Shown in pieces: positions 8,975 to 19,302 of a stretch of 64,000 nt of DNA. The DNA comes from Fidelibacterota bacterium (lineage in GTDB: Bacteria > Fidelibacterota > Fidelibacteria > Fidelibacterales > DSDE01): NCBI GenBank assembly GCA_046735395.1, contig JBJKQR010000027.1, positions 1 to 64,000 of the forward strand, in the 5' to 3' direction. Below the pieces are notes generated by a model that was given only the letters and a program-made list of their open reading frames with translations, searched no databases and was not told where the DNA came from. The stretch's first letter is position 1; each line of letters starts with the position of its first letter. The position numbers were made by a program, and so were the translations under genes.

Positions 8975-11553
8975 AAAACCAGGTCGGCATCATGATTAAA
9001 ACGGGTATTTTACTTGGGTTTTGCTTCCAGATGGCCCTTGCCGCAGCGATTCAGGGTTTTGTCCGGAACAGCATCAGTGATGAACCGGTCGCTATGGCAC
9101 AGGTCCGGGTGGAGAGTTCCACGGATACATTACTCGTATTTCAGCCGGTTTTTACTGACACGGCAGGTTTTTTTCGTATCGACCGACTTCCGGCAGGAAT
9201 TTTTCAGGTGGCGGCCGTCAAGGACAGCTTCTATGCTGATGTTGTCTTTTCAGTACCCAGTACGGACAGAACTTCGAAGGCCGAAAATGTCCTGATTCAT
9301 CTTATTCCGGTCGACCGGGAATGGAAGGGAGATTATTGTTTTCATATCGGATCTGTGGACGTGGTGGCAAAGGAGCATTCCCTGCTGCCGGAAGCGGATT
9401 ACGAGAGCAGGAAGGTGAATGAAGGAGATCTGAGACATATGCAGGCCTCTTCGCTGGGAGATATTCTGTATCTGCTGCCGGGATCGGGCGGTCGGAATAA
9501 TCCCGGGCTCTCCGCTTCACAGCGTGCGGTGCTTCGCAGTACAGAATCCGAAGGAATTGAAGGACAGATACAGAGTCTGGGCACGGCCGTTCAGGTGGAT
9601 GGACAGGATATGTCAGCCATCGGTGGCGTGAGAACGACAGATGCCATGATCGGCCCCGATCTTCGCGAAGTTTCCACGGAAAATGCGGGGGAGGTGGAAG
9701 TGATCGAGGGGCTTGCTCCGGTTGAATACGGAAATTATACAAACGGCCTGATCCGGGTGAAGAGCCGTGCTCCCCGCTTGCGGAATGCCTTCAGCGCCAG
9801 AGTGAATCCCGATACGAAAACGCTCTCCTGGTCCCAGGGATTTCACCTGTTCGGGCTGCCTTCAGAGTACCTTATAGACTATGGCTACAGCGAGAAGGAC
9901 CCACGGATCCGGGGTGATGAATATCATCGGCTGCATGGCAACCTGAAGGTGTCGGACATGGAAAATGGAAACGGTTCATCACTGAGCCTTGATTTTTCAC
10001 GGATTCTGAACAGCGATGCGCCGGCCGGACCCTTTAAACTTGTGGATTTTGACAGCGGATACAGGACGTCTGTAAATTTTATCAGTTCTGTCCGGAACGC
10101 GGAGAATGTTTCGATGGAATTCCAGGCAATCCTTTCCCTCAGAAACCGGGATGAGCATCATGAAAAATATGTGGCTGAACCCAAACTTGTGACGCGTGAC
10201 AGCAGCTGGACAGTGGATTCACCCGACGGGCCTGTCCGGATGGATACAACTCTGGTTGATCTGCTTCCGGGCTATATCGGCAGCTATGATATCCGGGGAC
10301 AGGAGTGGAGCGCGGCCCTGAAATTCCGTCATACGAAGCCCTTGAAGCAATTTCCGGGAAAGACGAACCTGGTCTGGGGCGCTGAAGCAAAACTGGATAT
10401 AAACCGGGGCCAGGGTTTTATCGTGAATCCGGAGTGGAGTTATTACGGGGTTTATTCCGGACGGCGAAGCTACCCTTTTGACAGCTATCCGGGGCAGCTG
10501 CAGATTACTTCCTTCATCAGTCTGAGGGGACAGCTTCTGCATCAGGCCGTATCCTGGAACAGCGGCCTCCGTCTTGACGGATTTTCACCGACGGATAATG
10601 TCAGCAGCTTCAGACAGGGCAAGGTTCTGCAGCCCAGAGTATCTGCGGTGTGGAAAATTCTGCCAGGCCTGTCTCTGCGAAGCGCCGCGGGCCGTACAGT
10701 ACAGAATGTGACCCTGGCACAAATCTACAGTGAACCGAAATATTTTGAATATCTTTCAGATACAGTGCGCGTTACTGAAATTTATAAGCAGGAAAACCGG
10801 GATTTGAAATACTTTCCAACAGATCGGCTGGACATCGGCCTGGAATTTTCGCCCCGCTCCTGGATGAGCTGCCGTCTCACCGCGTACAGCCGGTCAACGG
10901 AGGGTCTCCCCATACAGGTTGTATATCCTGCCGGTTTCGTACAGAATCCGGATACACTCACCTCCAATACCTGCAAAGTGTATGAGAATAGCGCATACAG
11001 CCGGCAGCAGGGACTGGAATTTCGGCTGGTCCTGCACCGCAGCCGCGCTGTCCGGCATTATCTGGATATCAGTTACCGGACAAGCGTCTATGGCAGTCAG
11101 AATCTGATCTATCAGCACAATTATCTTGCACCCTTTGAAACGCTCTGGTATCCGGCACCTGAAACGCATCGAAAAGATCTGCATGCCGATTACCGGATTT
11201 CCGGAATCAGCCCCGAACTGGGAATGTGGGTCACTCTGGAGTGGCAGGCTGATCTGATGAGCAGTTTCCGGAAAATCTATGCCACAGCCATGTATTATAG
11301 AAATATGGACGGTGAAGACATACCCTGGCATGAAGGAATGGCCGTTGCCTGGGATGATCGGCGAATTAGCTACCCGGCGCTGTGGAAAATGAATTTTCGG
11401 GTGACGAAAAGCCTTGGAAATAATACAGATATCAGTCTTTATATAAATAACGTACTGGATAACAGGGGCCTGGTGATTCATCCCTATTCCGGTGCGGCCA
11501 GGGAAATTTATCAACCGGTATTTTATGGATTGGAGGTAGGACGAATATGGTAA
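8971..11553 (+). CDS. TonB-dependent receptor with N-terminal carboxypeptidase-regulatory-like domain
   Basis: Signal peptide, IQGFVRNS...TDTAGFFRI domain, plug HMQASSLGDILYLLPG...VEVIEGLAPVEYGNYTNGLIRV, barrel motifs SGLRLD/LQPRVS/INNVLD, C-terminal aromatic (GLEVGRIW). Confidence 0.85.
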   Translation: MKNQVGIMIKTGILLGFCFQMALAAAIQGFVRNSISDEPVAMAQVRVESSTDTLLVFQPVFTDTAGFFRIDRLPAGIFQVAAVKDSFYADVVFSVPSTDRTSKAENVLIHLIPVDREWKGDYCFHIGSVDVVAKEHSLLPEADYESRKVNEGDLRHMQASSLGDILYLLPGSGGRNNPGLSASQRAVLRSTESEGIEGQIQSLGTAVQVDGQDMSAIGGVRTTDAMIGPDLREVSTENAGEVEVIEGLAPVEYGNYTNGLIRVKSRAPRLRNAFSARVNPDTKTLSWSQGFHLFGLPSEYLIDYGYSEKDPRIRGDEYHRLHGNLKVSDMENGNGSSLSLDFSRILNSDAPAGPFKLVDFDSGYRTSVNFISSVRNAENVSMEFQAILSLRNRDEHHEKYVAEPKLVTRDSSWTVDSPDGPVRMDTTLVDLLPGYIGSYDIRGQEWSAALKFRHTKPLKQFPGKTNLVWGAEAKLDINRGQGFIVNPEWSYYGVYSGRRSYPFDSYPGQLQITSFISLRGQLLHQAVSWNSGLRLDGFSPTDNVSSFRQGKVLQPRVSAVWKILPGLSLRSAAGRTVQNVTLAQIYSEPKYFEYLSDTVRVTEIYKQENRDLKYFPTDRLDIGLEFSPRSWMSCRLTAYSRSTEGLPIQVVYPAGFVQNPDTLTSNTCKVYENSAYSRQQGLEFRLVLHRSRAVRHYLDISYRTSVYGSQNLIYQHNYLAPFETLWYPAPETHRKDLHADYRISGISPELGMWVTLEWQADLMSSFRKIYATAMYYRNMDGEDIPWHEGMAVAWDDRRISYPALWKMNFRVTKSLGNNTDISLYINNVLDNRGLVIHPYSGAAREIYQPVFYGLEVGRIW

Positions 11554-12623
11554 AAGTAATGACATCTCTGATGGTGGCGGCTTTGTTTGTCGGATGCGGA
11601 TTGTTGTCGGATCCGGGCAGTGATCCTGTGACGGATCTAAACATCACACTGATCTATGCGGAAGCAGGGGATTCCATTCCGGTGTCGGGCGCCGAAATGA
11701 CCCTGCAGTCGGTAAATTTCAACAGTGATCCGATTACGGTCAGCAGCGACAGTACGGGAAGGATACATCTCTCAGCGATTCCGGCAGGTCTGTATTCGTA
11801 TTCGGTAAGCGCAGATCTGGCCCGGCCTGCTCAGGATTTCCCCGATTCATCCGTGATGATTCCTCTGGTGGCCTCAGGGCAGATTGACGGAAAATCCGGG
11901 ACCACGGATGCAATAACGATAGCTTTAATGCCCACGGGCAGCAATCCCGGATTGAAAATCAACGAATTATATGTCGTTGGCCCGGTCAATAACGACTACT
12001 ATTTTCAGGATCAGTTCATTGAATTGGTTAATTCATCATCGGATACGGTATATCTTGACGGAAATATCATCTGCAGGATGAAGGACAGTTATGAAGTACA
12101 GGCAGTTTTTGCTTTTCCGGGAAATCCGGGAGGCCACACTTATCCCCTTGCACCTGCTCAGTACTCGGTCATTGCGGAAGACGCATTGAATCATCAGACT
12201 CTGGAAGGAAGCAGTATCGTCTATCCGACCAGCGTGGATCTGTCCGGCGCGGACTGGGAGTTTAAAAACAGTGCGGACGTGGCTGACTGGGATAATCCTG
12301 ATGTTCCCAACCTTGATAATCTGGAAGAGGGCTATACGAAGGATTTTATGGTAAACCTGATCTCAGATATCGTTCTTATTGCAAACGGCGAGGATCGGGA
12401 TTTTACGGATGGAATTGATTATTCCACGATTCTGGATTGCGTGGAATATTCTTCAAAACAGGATTATATAAAGGATGTGGATCCCATTTTAGACAGAGGC
12501 TGGGCCGGCGTCGGCATGGAACGCTACAGCGGCCAGTCCATGCAGCGGATTGCTCCGGGAATGGACAGCAACAATTCCACCGCGGATTTCGAGATTATGT
12601 CGACACCCACTCCCGGATATTAA
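11547..12623 (+). CDS. DUF4876-like lipoprotein (Ig-like + lamin-tail-like domain)
   Basis: Lipobox LFVGC, LKINELYVVG, YFQDQFIELVNSSSDTVYLDG, IAEDALNH, VDLSGADWEF, DNPDVPNL, DSNNSTADF. Confidence 0.75.
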   Translation: MVKVMTSLMVAALFVGCGLLSDPGSDPVTDLNITLIYAEAGDSIPVSGAEMTLQSVNFNSDPITVSSDSTGRIHLSAIPAGLYSYSVSADLARPAQDFPDSSVMIPLVASGQIDGKSGTTDAITIALMPTGSNPGLKINELYVVGPVNNDYYFQDQFIELVNSSSDTVYLDGNIICRMKDSYEVQAVFAFPGNPGGHTYPLAPAQYSVIAEDALNHQTLEGSSIVYPTSVDLSGADWEFKNSADVADWDNPDVPNLDNLEEGYTKDFMVNLISDIVLIANGEDRDFTDGIDYSTILDCVEYSSKQDYIKDVDPILDRGWAGVGMERYSGQSMQRIAPGMDSNNSTADFEIMSTPTPGY

Positions 12624-13996
12624 TGAAATTTCTGCTGCTGTGGTTTCCGGTTTCACTTCTCATGGCTCTGCAGAATCCTGCAGGGCCTGTGCACTTTCTG
12701 ACAGATTCTTTTGATACATCCGCTTTTGTGAACGGCGAGCGGCCGGCATACAGGATTTCCCTGACGGCTGCCACGACGATCCGGGATACGGCGCGTTCCT
12801 TCGATTCCCACCGAACGGACGCTGTCCGCCTCGTAGTCCAACAGCATATTCCGCTGAAGAATAACTATGATCTCGACTGGATTCTGAATTATTTTCAGAA
12901 TACGGATTACAGCCGTTACGGCAGCACTGCTTTCGATTATTATTCCCGCCTGGTCAATCTGGCCGACTTTACACGCGGCCGCATAAACTGGAACGGACCC
13001 TCTTTGGGATTTCAGCTGAAAAAACAGGCCACCCGCAGAGTGCTGACCTTCACGTCATCCTACCGCCTTGCGCATGGGTTGAAGGATCACTATCCGGAAA
13101 CCGAAACCATTCTCAGGGAGGGCAGGGCAGGCGCAGAGCTCAGGCTGTTTTCACCGGAAAAGGCGCAGAGCCTTACTCTCAGTACCTTTTTCATGTCTCG
13201 CCAGGAAGCACAGGACGCGGAATCCCGGGCCATGGACCTGAGGATGAGAACGATGCTGGGAGAGTACAGCTGGTTCAATGAATCGCCTTCATTGAAAATT
13301 CGCGCACGCCGCAACGAATGGGTCATGGGTTTCGGGATAAATTATGAGAAAAAAAGATTTCCATTCGATGTGACGGATAGTAACTTTTCGCTCGGATTGC
13401 AGAGCAGCACCGGAACTGTTGAAGTCGGTACCGGTACTGTGTTGCATTTCAGGGCTGGAGAAATACCCAGGATGACAAGTTTGGATTGGACGCTGAGCAT
13501 TCCGGATGGATATGAAGCAATGGGATTGAGCATGGGTATCAGGGGATCCTATTTCACGGATAATGTCAATTCCGGCGAAATGCAGCTGAGGTCTGTCCTG
13601 AGCAGAAATTCCGGATTTACTGCCCACGCAGCGCTTTCTCATCGGAATTCATTTTCTCTGGAGTTTCGCCAGTCCCTGAATAACTTCAATTACCGGGAAT
13701 ATCTGAATGGATTTACCTGCGATCAGGTTCTGAGGAGCACATCAGTCAATCTGAAACTGAATGGCAATATTTCACGGAGAGTGACTGTGAGCAGCACTGT
13801 GAGCGCAGAACAGACGGACCGAGATTTTACCTGGCCGTCACCGCGGCTGCGGAATCTGAGCGCTGATCTGCGCATATGCAGAACATCAATGGATGGATCT
13901 GCAGTGACACTGCATCCGGTCCTTTCCCGCAGCTGGCAGGGAAATGGAAAGCCGGAGGGTTTTTCCCTGCTTCTGGGACTGGATTTCAGCCGATAA
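12623..13996 (+). CDS. Probable outer-membrane beta-barrel protein (DUF6850-like by context)
   Basis: ATG overlapping the upstream TAA (TAATG), signal peptide MKFLLLWFPVSLLMA, alternating amphipathic strands, ends LGLDFSR. Confidence 0.55.
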   Translation: MKFLLLWFPVSLLMALQNPAGPVHFLTDSFDTSAFVNGERPAYRISLTAATTIRDTARSFDSHRTDAVRLVVQQHIPLKNNYDLDWILNYFQNTDYSRYGSTAFDYYSRLVNLADFTRGRINWNGPSLGFQLKKQATRRVLTFTSSYRLAHGLKDHYPETETILREGRAGAELRLFSPEKAQSLTLSTFFMSRQEAQDAESRAMDLRMRTMLGEYSWFNESPSLKIRARRNEWVMGFGINYEKKRFPFDVTDSNFSLGLQSSTGTVEVGTGTVLHFRAGEIPRMTSLDWTLSIPDGYEAMGLSMGIRGSYFTDNVNSGEMQLRSVLSRNSGFTAHAALSHRNSFSLEFRQSLNNFNYREYLNGFTCDQVLRSTSVNLKLNGNISRRVTVSSTVSAEQTDRDFTWPSPRLRNLSADLRICRTSMDGSAVTLHPVLSRSWQGNGKPEGFSLLLGLDFSR

Positions 13997-14011
13997 GTGA
14001 GGAATTTGAAT

Positions 14012-16189
14012 ATGAAAAATCGAATACCGATGCTTCTGTCAATTCTGCTTGCCGTATCAAGGCCGGCAGGAGCATCTGAGTGGGAAATTGTAAAGGAACC
14101 GGTGCAGATCGAAATGCCGGATCACCTCTGTTTTACGGATCCGCTGACCGGATATGGGGTCGGTGCTGAGGGTTTAGTGAAGAAGACCGAGGATGGCGGC
14201 GTGACATGGACCGTTCTCAGAGAGGCGGACGGCAGTGGCATAGACTGGAAACGTATTGCCTTTTCCGGTGATTCTGTTGCGTATTGTATTGCAGATTCCG
14301 GGTATATCTATAAAAGTACGGATGCCTGCAGACACTGGGACATGGTGGGGGATACATCGGTCTCCAAAGTGAGTTTTTCCGAACTTTGTGTCGTGAACCC
14401 GGATCTGGTCTATGTCATCGGGCCCGCTGCGACCTTTCTGAAGACAGACGATGGAGGACTGACCTGGGTAAAAAGTGATTCAACTTTCCTGGGCCAGGAT
14501 CTGGATGGCGGGATTGATTTTCTCGGTGAGAATTTCGGGGTTGTGATTTCCGATGATAAGGCGGCTCATACCTGGGCAACTTATGACGGGGGACAGAGCT
14601 GGTCCTATGTCAATATTGCCTCGGTATTTCCACTGGGAGCTGTCAGCAAAAAAATCTACGACGTGGCCATCGGCAGCGACAGTACGGTCGTGATCGTCGG
14701 ATATAACAATTTTATCGGAATTTCACATGATGGGGGACGGAGTTACCAGAATTCGGGCGGACTGACGGCCGGATTTCCATATCTGGAAGCATGTCAAATA
14801 CCGGGCGGGCGGATTTTTGCTGCCGGGACAGACGGACATCTCTTTCGCAGTGACGACAGCGGTGCGTCCTGGGACACGCTTCAGACAGGAACGGGCCATA
14901 CTCTGAGCTATATGCAGTGTTTCGACCGGGATCGGGGATTATTTTTCTACGCAAACAGCTTCTGCTATAAAACTGAGGATGGCGGCACAACCCTGCAGCC
15001 TGTTCTGCCCTGGCCTTCCGCAAATTTTGACGCCCTGGCTGCGACCGATGAAAAGGTTTTCGTGGGATGCTGGGGTGGCGGAGAAATGAGTATCGCTGCC
15101 CGGCCCGATATGGAGTGGAGCTTTCCTTCCAATCTCTTTACAAATTATACGGGAAATATTACCTCCATGTCCTTCGCCGGGAATGATTTCGGCGTATTCT
15201 CAGGTTGGAATGGGTTCCTCGGCCTCACGGATGACGGTGGACAGACCTGGACCGTATCTCCCAACCCCATGTCCGAGGCAAGCAATAAAACGATCTACTG
15301 CACACTCAGGCAGTCTGTCGATAATATTTATGCCAGCGGGACGAAAGGCTATTTCATTCAGTCCTCTGATGGGGGAGCAAGCTGGGAAAACCGGCCTAAT
15401 GAAATCAATCAGACAATCAATGATTTTACATTTCTGGATAACGGACGCCTGGTTCTCGTGGGAAACTCCGGTACCGTCTGGGGTGATTCGGATACGTCGG
15501 AGACCATCCGGCTGATACGGGACTTCGGATCCATGGCGATGAAGTGTATGGCCGCGTCGCCCTCTGCACTGATCATCGGGGCCGGCGATGGTGTACTGTT
15601 CCGGGCAGATCCTGCAGCCCCCGGTGAACTGGATACCGTGTACGTGAACAGTTCAGGTGATGCGATCAATGACGTGGCGATCTGGGGCGCTAACTCTATC
15701 TCTACTGCCGTTGGAAATAACGGACTCATCGTATTGAGCCTTGACGGAGGCCGGACCTGGGAAGAAGAGGAAAGCCCGCTTCCCGGCATCAACCTGAAGC
15801 AGGTGGCAGAAGCTGGCGGCATGCTCTGGGTGGCTGGAGATGCCGGCACCATTCTGCGAAAGGGCCTCTTTACTTTCGATGATGGGATTGATGACCGGAC
15901 ACTCGTTTCCGGATTTCAGCTTTCAGGGAATTACCCCAATCCCTTCAATCCGCAGACGACGATTTCATTCCGTCTGGATACGGATTCACAGGTGACACTG
16001 GCTGTGTATAATTCACTCGGACAGCGGGTGGCGCTTCTCATGCAGGACAGGGTTATGCCGGCCGGTGCCTATACCCGGCTATGGAACGGGCATGGAGATC
16101 ATGGCGAACAACTCGCCTCCGGACTCTATTTCTGCCGGATGACTACGCCTTCAGCCGTGAAATCCATAAAAATGCTGCTTTTGAAATAA
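14012..16189 (+). CDS. Secreted YCF48/BNR Asp-box beta-propeller protein with T9SS-type-A/FlgD-Ig C-terminal domain
   Basis: Signal peptide; repeated Asp boxes (TEDGGVTW, TDDGGLTW, TYDGGQSW, SDDSGASW, TDDGGQTW, SSDGGASW, SLDGGRTW); C-terminal NYPNPFNPQTTISF...LASGLYFCRM...KMLLLK. Confidence 0.85.
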   Translation: MKNRIPMLLSILLAVSRPAGASEWEIVKEPVQIEMPDHLCFTDPLTGYGVGAEGLVKKTEDGGVTWTVLREADGSGIDWKRIAFSGDSVAYCIADSGYIYKSTDACRHWDMVGDTSVSKVSFSELCVVNPDLVYVIGPAATFLKTDDGGLTWVKSDSTFLGQDLDGGIDFLGENFGVVISDDKAAHTWATYDGGQSWSYVNIASVFPLGAVSKKIYDVAIGSDSTVVIVGYNNFIGISHDGGRSYQNSGGLTAGFPYLEACQIPGGRIFAAGTDGHLFRSDDSGASWDTLQTGTGHTLSYMQCFDRDRGLFFYANSFCYKTEDGGTTLQPVLPWPSANFDALAATDEKVFVGCWGGGEMSIAARPDMEWSFPSNLFTNYTGNITSMSFAGNDFGVFSGWNGFLGLTDDGGQTWTVSPNPMSEASNKTIYCTLRQSVDNIYASGTKGYFIQSSDGGASWENRPNEINQTINDFTFLDNGRLVLVGNSGTVWGDSDTSETIRLIRDFGSMAMKCMAASPSALIIGAGDGVLFRADPAAPGELDTVYVNSSGDAINDVAIWGANSISTAVGNNGLIVLSLDGGRTWEEEESPLPGINLKQVAEAGGMLWVAGDAGTILRKGLFTFDDGIDDRTLVSGFQLSGNYPNPFNPQTTISFRLDTDSQVTLAVYNSLGQRVALLMQDRVMPAGAYTRLWNGHGDHGEQLASGLYFCRMTTPSAVKSIKMLLLK

Positions 16190-16208
16190 ACCATATTTTA
16201 CAGTAATA

Positions 16209-16243
16209 AAAAAAGCCCGCAGATCGCGGGCTTTTTGTTTTTA
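16209..16243. terminator. Bidirectional intrinsic terminator
   Basis: AAAAAGCCCGC-AGATC-GCGGGCTTTTT between convergent genes. Confidence 0.85.
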
Positions 16244-16254
16244 TTTGGAAATTC

Positions 16255-18963
16255 TCAGGCTTTGGCTGCCAGATTTCTGAGCACCGTGTGCAGGATTCCG
16301 CCGTTTTTGTAGTAGTTGATTTCCACCGGCGTATCGAGGCGGCAGATCACATCAAAGCTGCGTTTTTCGCCGGCGGCGTTCTCAGCCGTGACCTGAAGCG
16401 TCATGCGAGGCGTGATGCTGCCTTCCAGGCCGGTGATGCTGTAGCTCTCTTCACCGCTCAGGCCCAGGCTCTCGCGTGTTTCGCCATCGGCATAGACGAG
16501 AGGCAGGATGCCCATCCCCACCAGATTGGAACGGTGAATACGTTCGAAGCTTTCCGCGATGACAGCCTTGACTCCCAGAAGCAGAGTGCCCTTGGCAGCC
16601 CAGTCACGGCTGGATCCGGTTCCGTATTCCTTACCGGCCAGGACGATGAGTGGCGTCCCGGCTTCCGCATATTTCCGGGATGCATCATAAATGGACATCT
16701 GCGTGTTGTCGGGAAGCGTGCGGGTCACGCCGCCTTCGATACCGGGTACGAGCATGTTTTTCAGCCGGATATTGGCAAAGGTACCCCGTACCATGACGGC
16801 ATCATTTCCCCGACGGGAGCCGAAGCTGTTGAAATCCCGGCGTTCCACACCCCGGTCGAAGAGAAATTTCTCCGCAGGGCCTTGGGCCGGAATGACTCCG
16901 GCCGGACTGATATGATCGGTGGTAACCGAATCACCCAGAACGGCGAGCGCGCGGGCGCCGCTGATATTTCCGGTCTTCGGCAAGTCCCGGGTCAGACCGA
17001 TGAAAAAGGGCGGTTCCTTGATGTAGGTACTGCTCTCATCCCAGGCATAGAGATCATTCTCAACCGTATCGATCCGGTTCCACAGTTCATTGTCGGTCCA
17101 GACATTTCCATAGTTGTCAGCAAACATTTCCGGCAGCAGGGAGCTGCTGATCAGTTCCTGAATTTCTGTCTGTGTAGGCCAGATGTCCTTCAGATAAACG
17201 GGTTTGCCGTCTTTGCCGGTTCCCATGGCTTCCGTGGTCAGGTCAATATCGGTGCTTCCGGCCAGGGCATAGGCGACGACCAGGGGAGGAGATGCCAGAA
17301 AATTGGCGCGAGTGTGAGGATTGACGCGGCCTTCGAAATTCCGGTTACCGGACAGCACCGCCGAGGCAACCAGGTCACCTTTCTGAATCCCTTCAGCCAC
17401 CGCGTCGTCCAGAGGACCGCTGTTGCCGATACAGGTTGTACAACCATAACCGACAATATTGAAACCGATTGTATTCAGGGATTCGAGCAGCCCGGCTTTT
17501 TTCAGGTATTTTTCCACAACCTTTGATCCGGGTGCGAGGGATGTCTTCACGTAGGCCGGAACGGACAGTCCGCGTTCGACGGCTTTTTTTGCGACCAGAC
17601 CGGCGGCGATCAGGACGGATGGATTTGAGGTGTTCGTGCAGGATGTGATGGCTGTAATCACCACCGACCCGTGCTTCAGCGTCACATTTTTCCCATTGAC
17701 TGTGACCTCGGCTTTTGCATCAAGCTGATCGGGTTTCAGGCCGAAACCGCGGTTCTTTACATCATCCGTCAGCGATTTCCGGAAGGTCTGTTTCATACTT
17801 TTCAGGGTAATGCGGTCCTGAGGGCGTTTAGGCCCGGCCAGGCTGGGTTCCACACTGCTCAGATCGAGTTCCAATACAGCCGTGTACTGCGCCTGGGGCG
17901 TGGAATCGGTGCGGAACAGTCCCTGAGCTTTGCAGTAGGCTTCGACGGCATCCACGTCTTCAGCGCTGCGTCCGGTATTTCTCAGATAATCCAGAGTGAC
18001 ATGATCAACCGGGAAAAAGCCCATGGTGGCACCGTATTCGGGAGCCATATTGGCAATGGTGGCCCGGTCCTCGAGTGTCATGGAGGACAGGCCTTCTCCG
18101 AAGAATTCCACAAATTTTTCCACCACATTATGCTTGCGGAGGATTTCGACGATGGTCAGGGTCAGGTCGGTGGCGGTGACGCCTTCGTTGAGCTCGCCAT
18201 GAAGCCGGAAACCGACCACTTCGGGCGCAACCATGTAAATGGGCTGGCCCAGCATGACGGCTTCTGCCTCAATACCGCCCACACCCCAGCCCAGAACACC
18301 CAGGCCGTTGATCATGGTGGTATGGGAATCGGTTCCCACGAGCGTGTCAGGGTAGAGTGTTTCGCTGTCATTCACCACACCCTTGGCCAGAAATTCGAGA
18401 TTGACCTGATGAATAATGCCCGTGGCAGGGGGAACAACCCGGAAATTATCAAAGGCATTCTGCCCCCATTTCAGAAATTTATAGCGTTCCATATTCCGGC
18501 TGAATTCCAGTTCGGAATTTTTTTCGATGGCCTTGGCATTGCCGTAATAATCCACCTGTACACTGTGGTCGATCACCAGATCAACCGGGCAGTGAGGATT
18601 GATTTTCCGGGGGTCGCCGCCCATGGCCTTCATGGCCGAACGCATGGCCGCAAGGTCCACAACAGCCGGAACTCCCGTGAAATCCTGCAGGATAACGCGG
18701 GCGGGTTTGAAGGGAATTTCAAATTTTTCGGGCATCTGGGGCTGCCAGTTTCCGATTTTTTTCATGTCATCCTGAAAGATTTCCTTCCCGTTGATGTTCC
18801 GGAGAATGTTTTCCATCAGAATACGAATGGAAACGGGATAGGTCTCCAGTTTTCCGATAAGTCCCTTTTCTTCAAGGACTTTCAGATCGTAATAGCGGTA
18901 CGATCTGGATCCGACGTTCAGCGTTTTCTGAGCGCCGAATGCATCTTGAGTCATCTCTGCCAT
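16255..18963 (-). CDS. acnA: Aconitate hydratase A
   Basis: [74 protein letters not shown]; start MAEMTQ at 18963. Confidence 0.97.
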   Translation of the reverse strand: MAEMTQDAFGAQKTLNVGSRSYRYYDLKVLEEKGLIGKLETYPVSIRILMENILRNINGKEIFQDDMKKIGNWQPQMPEKFEIPFKPARVILQDFTGVPAVVDLAAMRSAMKAMGGDPRKINPHCPVDLVIDHSVQVDYYGNAKAIEKNSELEFSRNMERYKFLKWGQNAFDNFRVVPPATGIIHQVNLEFLAKGVVNDSETLYPDTLVGTDSHTTMINGLGVLGWGVGGIEAEAVMLGQPIYMVAPEVVGFRLHGELNEGVTATDLTLTIVEILRKHNVVEKFVEFFGEGLSSMTLEDRATIANMAPEYGATMGFFPVDHVTLDYLRNTGRSAEDVDAVEAYCKAQGLFRTDSTPQAQYTAVLELDLSSVEPSLAGPKRPQDRITLKSMKQTFRKSLTDDVKNRGFGLKPDQLDAKAEVTVNGKNVTLKHGSVVITAITSCTNTSNPSVLIAAGLVAKKAVERGLSVPAYVKTSLAPGSKVVEKYLKKAGLLESLNTIGFNIVGYGCTTCIGNSGPLDDAVAEGIQKGDLVASAVLSGNRNFEGRVNPHTRANFLASPPLVVAYALAGSTDIDLTTEAMGTGKDGKPVYLKDIWPTQTEIQELISSSLLPEMFADNYGNVWTDNELWNRIDTVENDLYAWDESSTYIKEPPFFIGLTRDLPKTGNISGARALAVLGDSVTTDHISPAGVIPAQGPAEKFLFDRGVERRDFNSFGSRRGNDAVMVRGTFANIRLKNMLVPGIEGGVTRTLPDNTQMSIYDASRKYAEAGTPLIVLAGKEYGTGSSRDWAAKGTLLLGVKAVIAESFERIHRSNLVGMGILPLVYADGETRESLGLSGEESYSITGLEGSITPRMTLQVTAENAAGEKRSFDVICRLDTPVEINYYKNGGILHTVLRNLAAKA

Positions 18964-18965
18964 AA

Positions 18966-19295
18966 TTACAGTTCCTTTTTCGTTTCGTCTGCTGCCGCGA
19001 CGCTGGCCAGGGAACAGTTCCGGATGCATTTCAGGATATTGGTGATAAAATCACTCGCTATCGAATAATACAAACTTGTTCCTTCCCTGCGGTTTTTTAC
19101 AATGCCTTTCCGCAGCATCAGTCGTAAATGTTGACTTGTTATTGCCTGAATCTGGTTAATTTCGTTCTGGATTTCTCCGACACTGTGTTCTCCCGTTTCC
19201 AGAAATTCAATAATCTGAATTCGGATTGGATGTCCCAGGAGTTTGAGGACACCTGCTGATTTTTCCAGAAAGACCGGATCGATGCTGTTATTCAT
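18966..19295 (-). CDS. ArsR/SmtB-family transcriptional regulator
   Basis: [13 protein letters not shown]...SVGEI...SQHLRLM...[11 protein letters not shown]-terminal CIRNC. Confidence 0.88.
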   Translation of the reverse strand: MNNSIDPVFLEKSAGVLKLLGHPIRIQIIEFLETGEHSVGEIQNEINQIQAITSQHLRLMLRKGIVKNRREGTSLYYSIASDFITNILKCIRNCSLASVAAADETKKEL

Positions 19296-19302
19296 AATTT
19301 CC

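Noticed and set aside
16288..19068. Long + strand ORFs (412 and 465 aa) opposite acnA, and similar antisense ORFs elsewhere (e.g. 2794-4011, 22841-24184, 57218-58288)
   Set aside because: Shadow frames of well-supported genes, with no recognisable motifs
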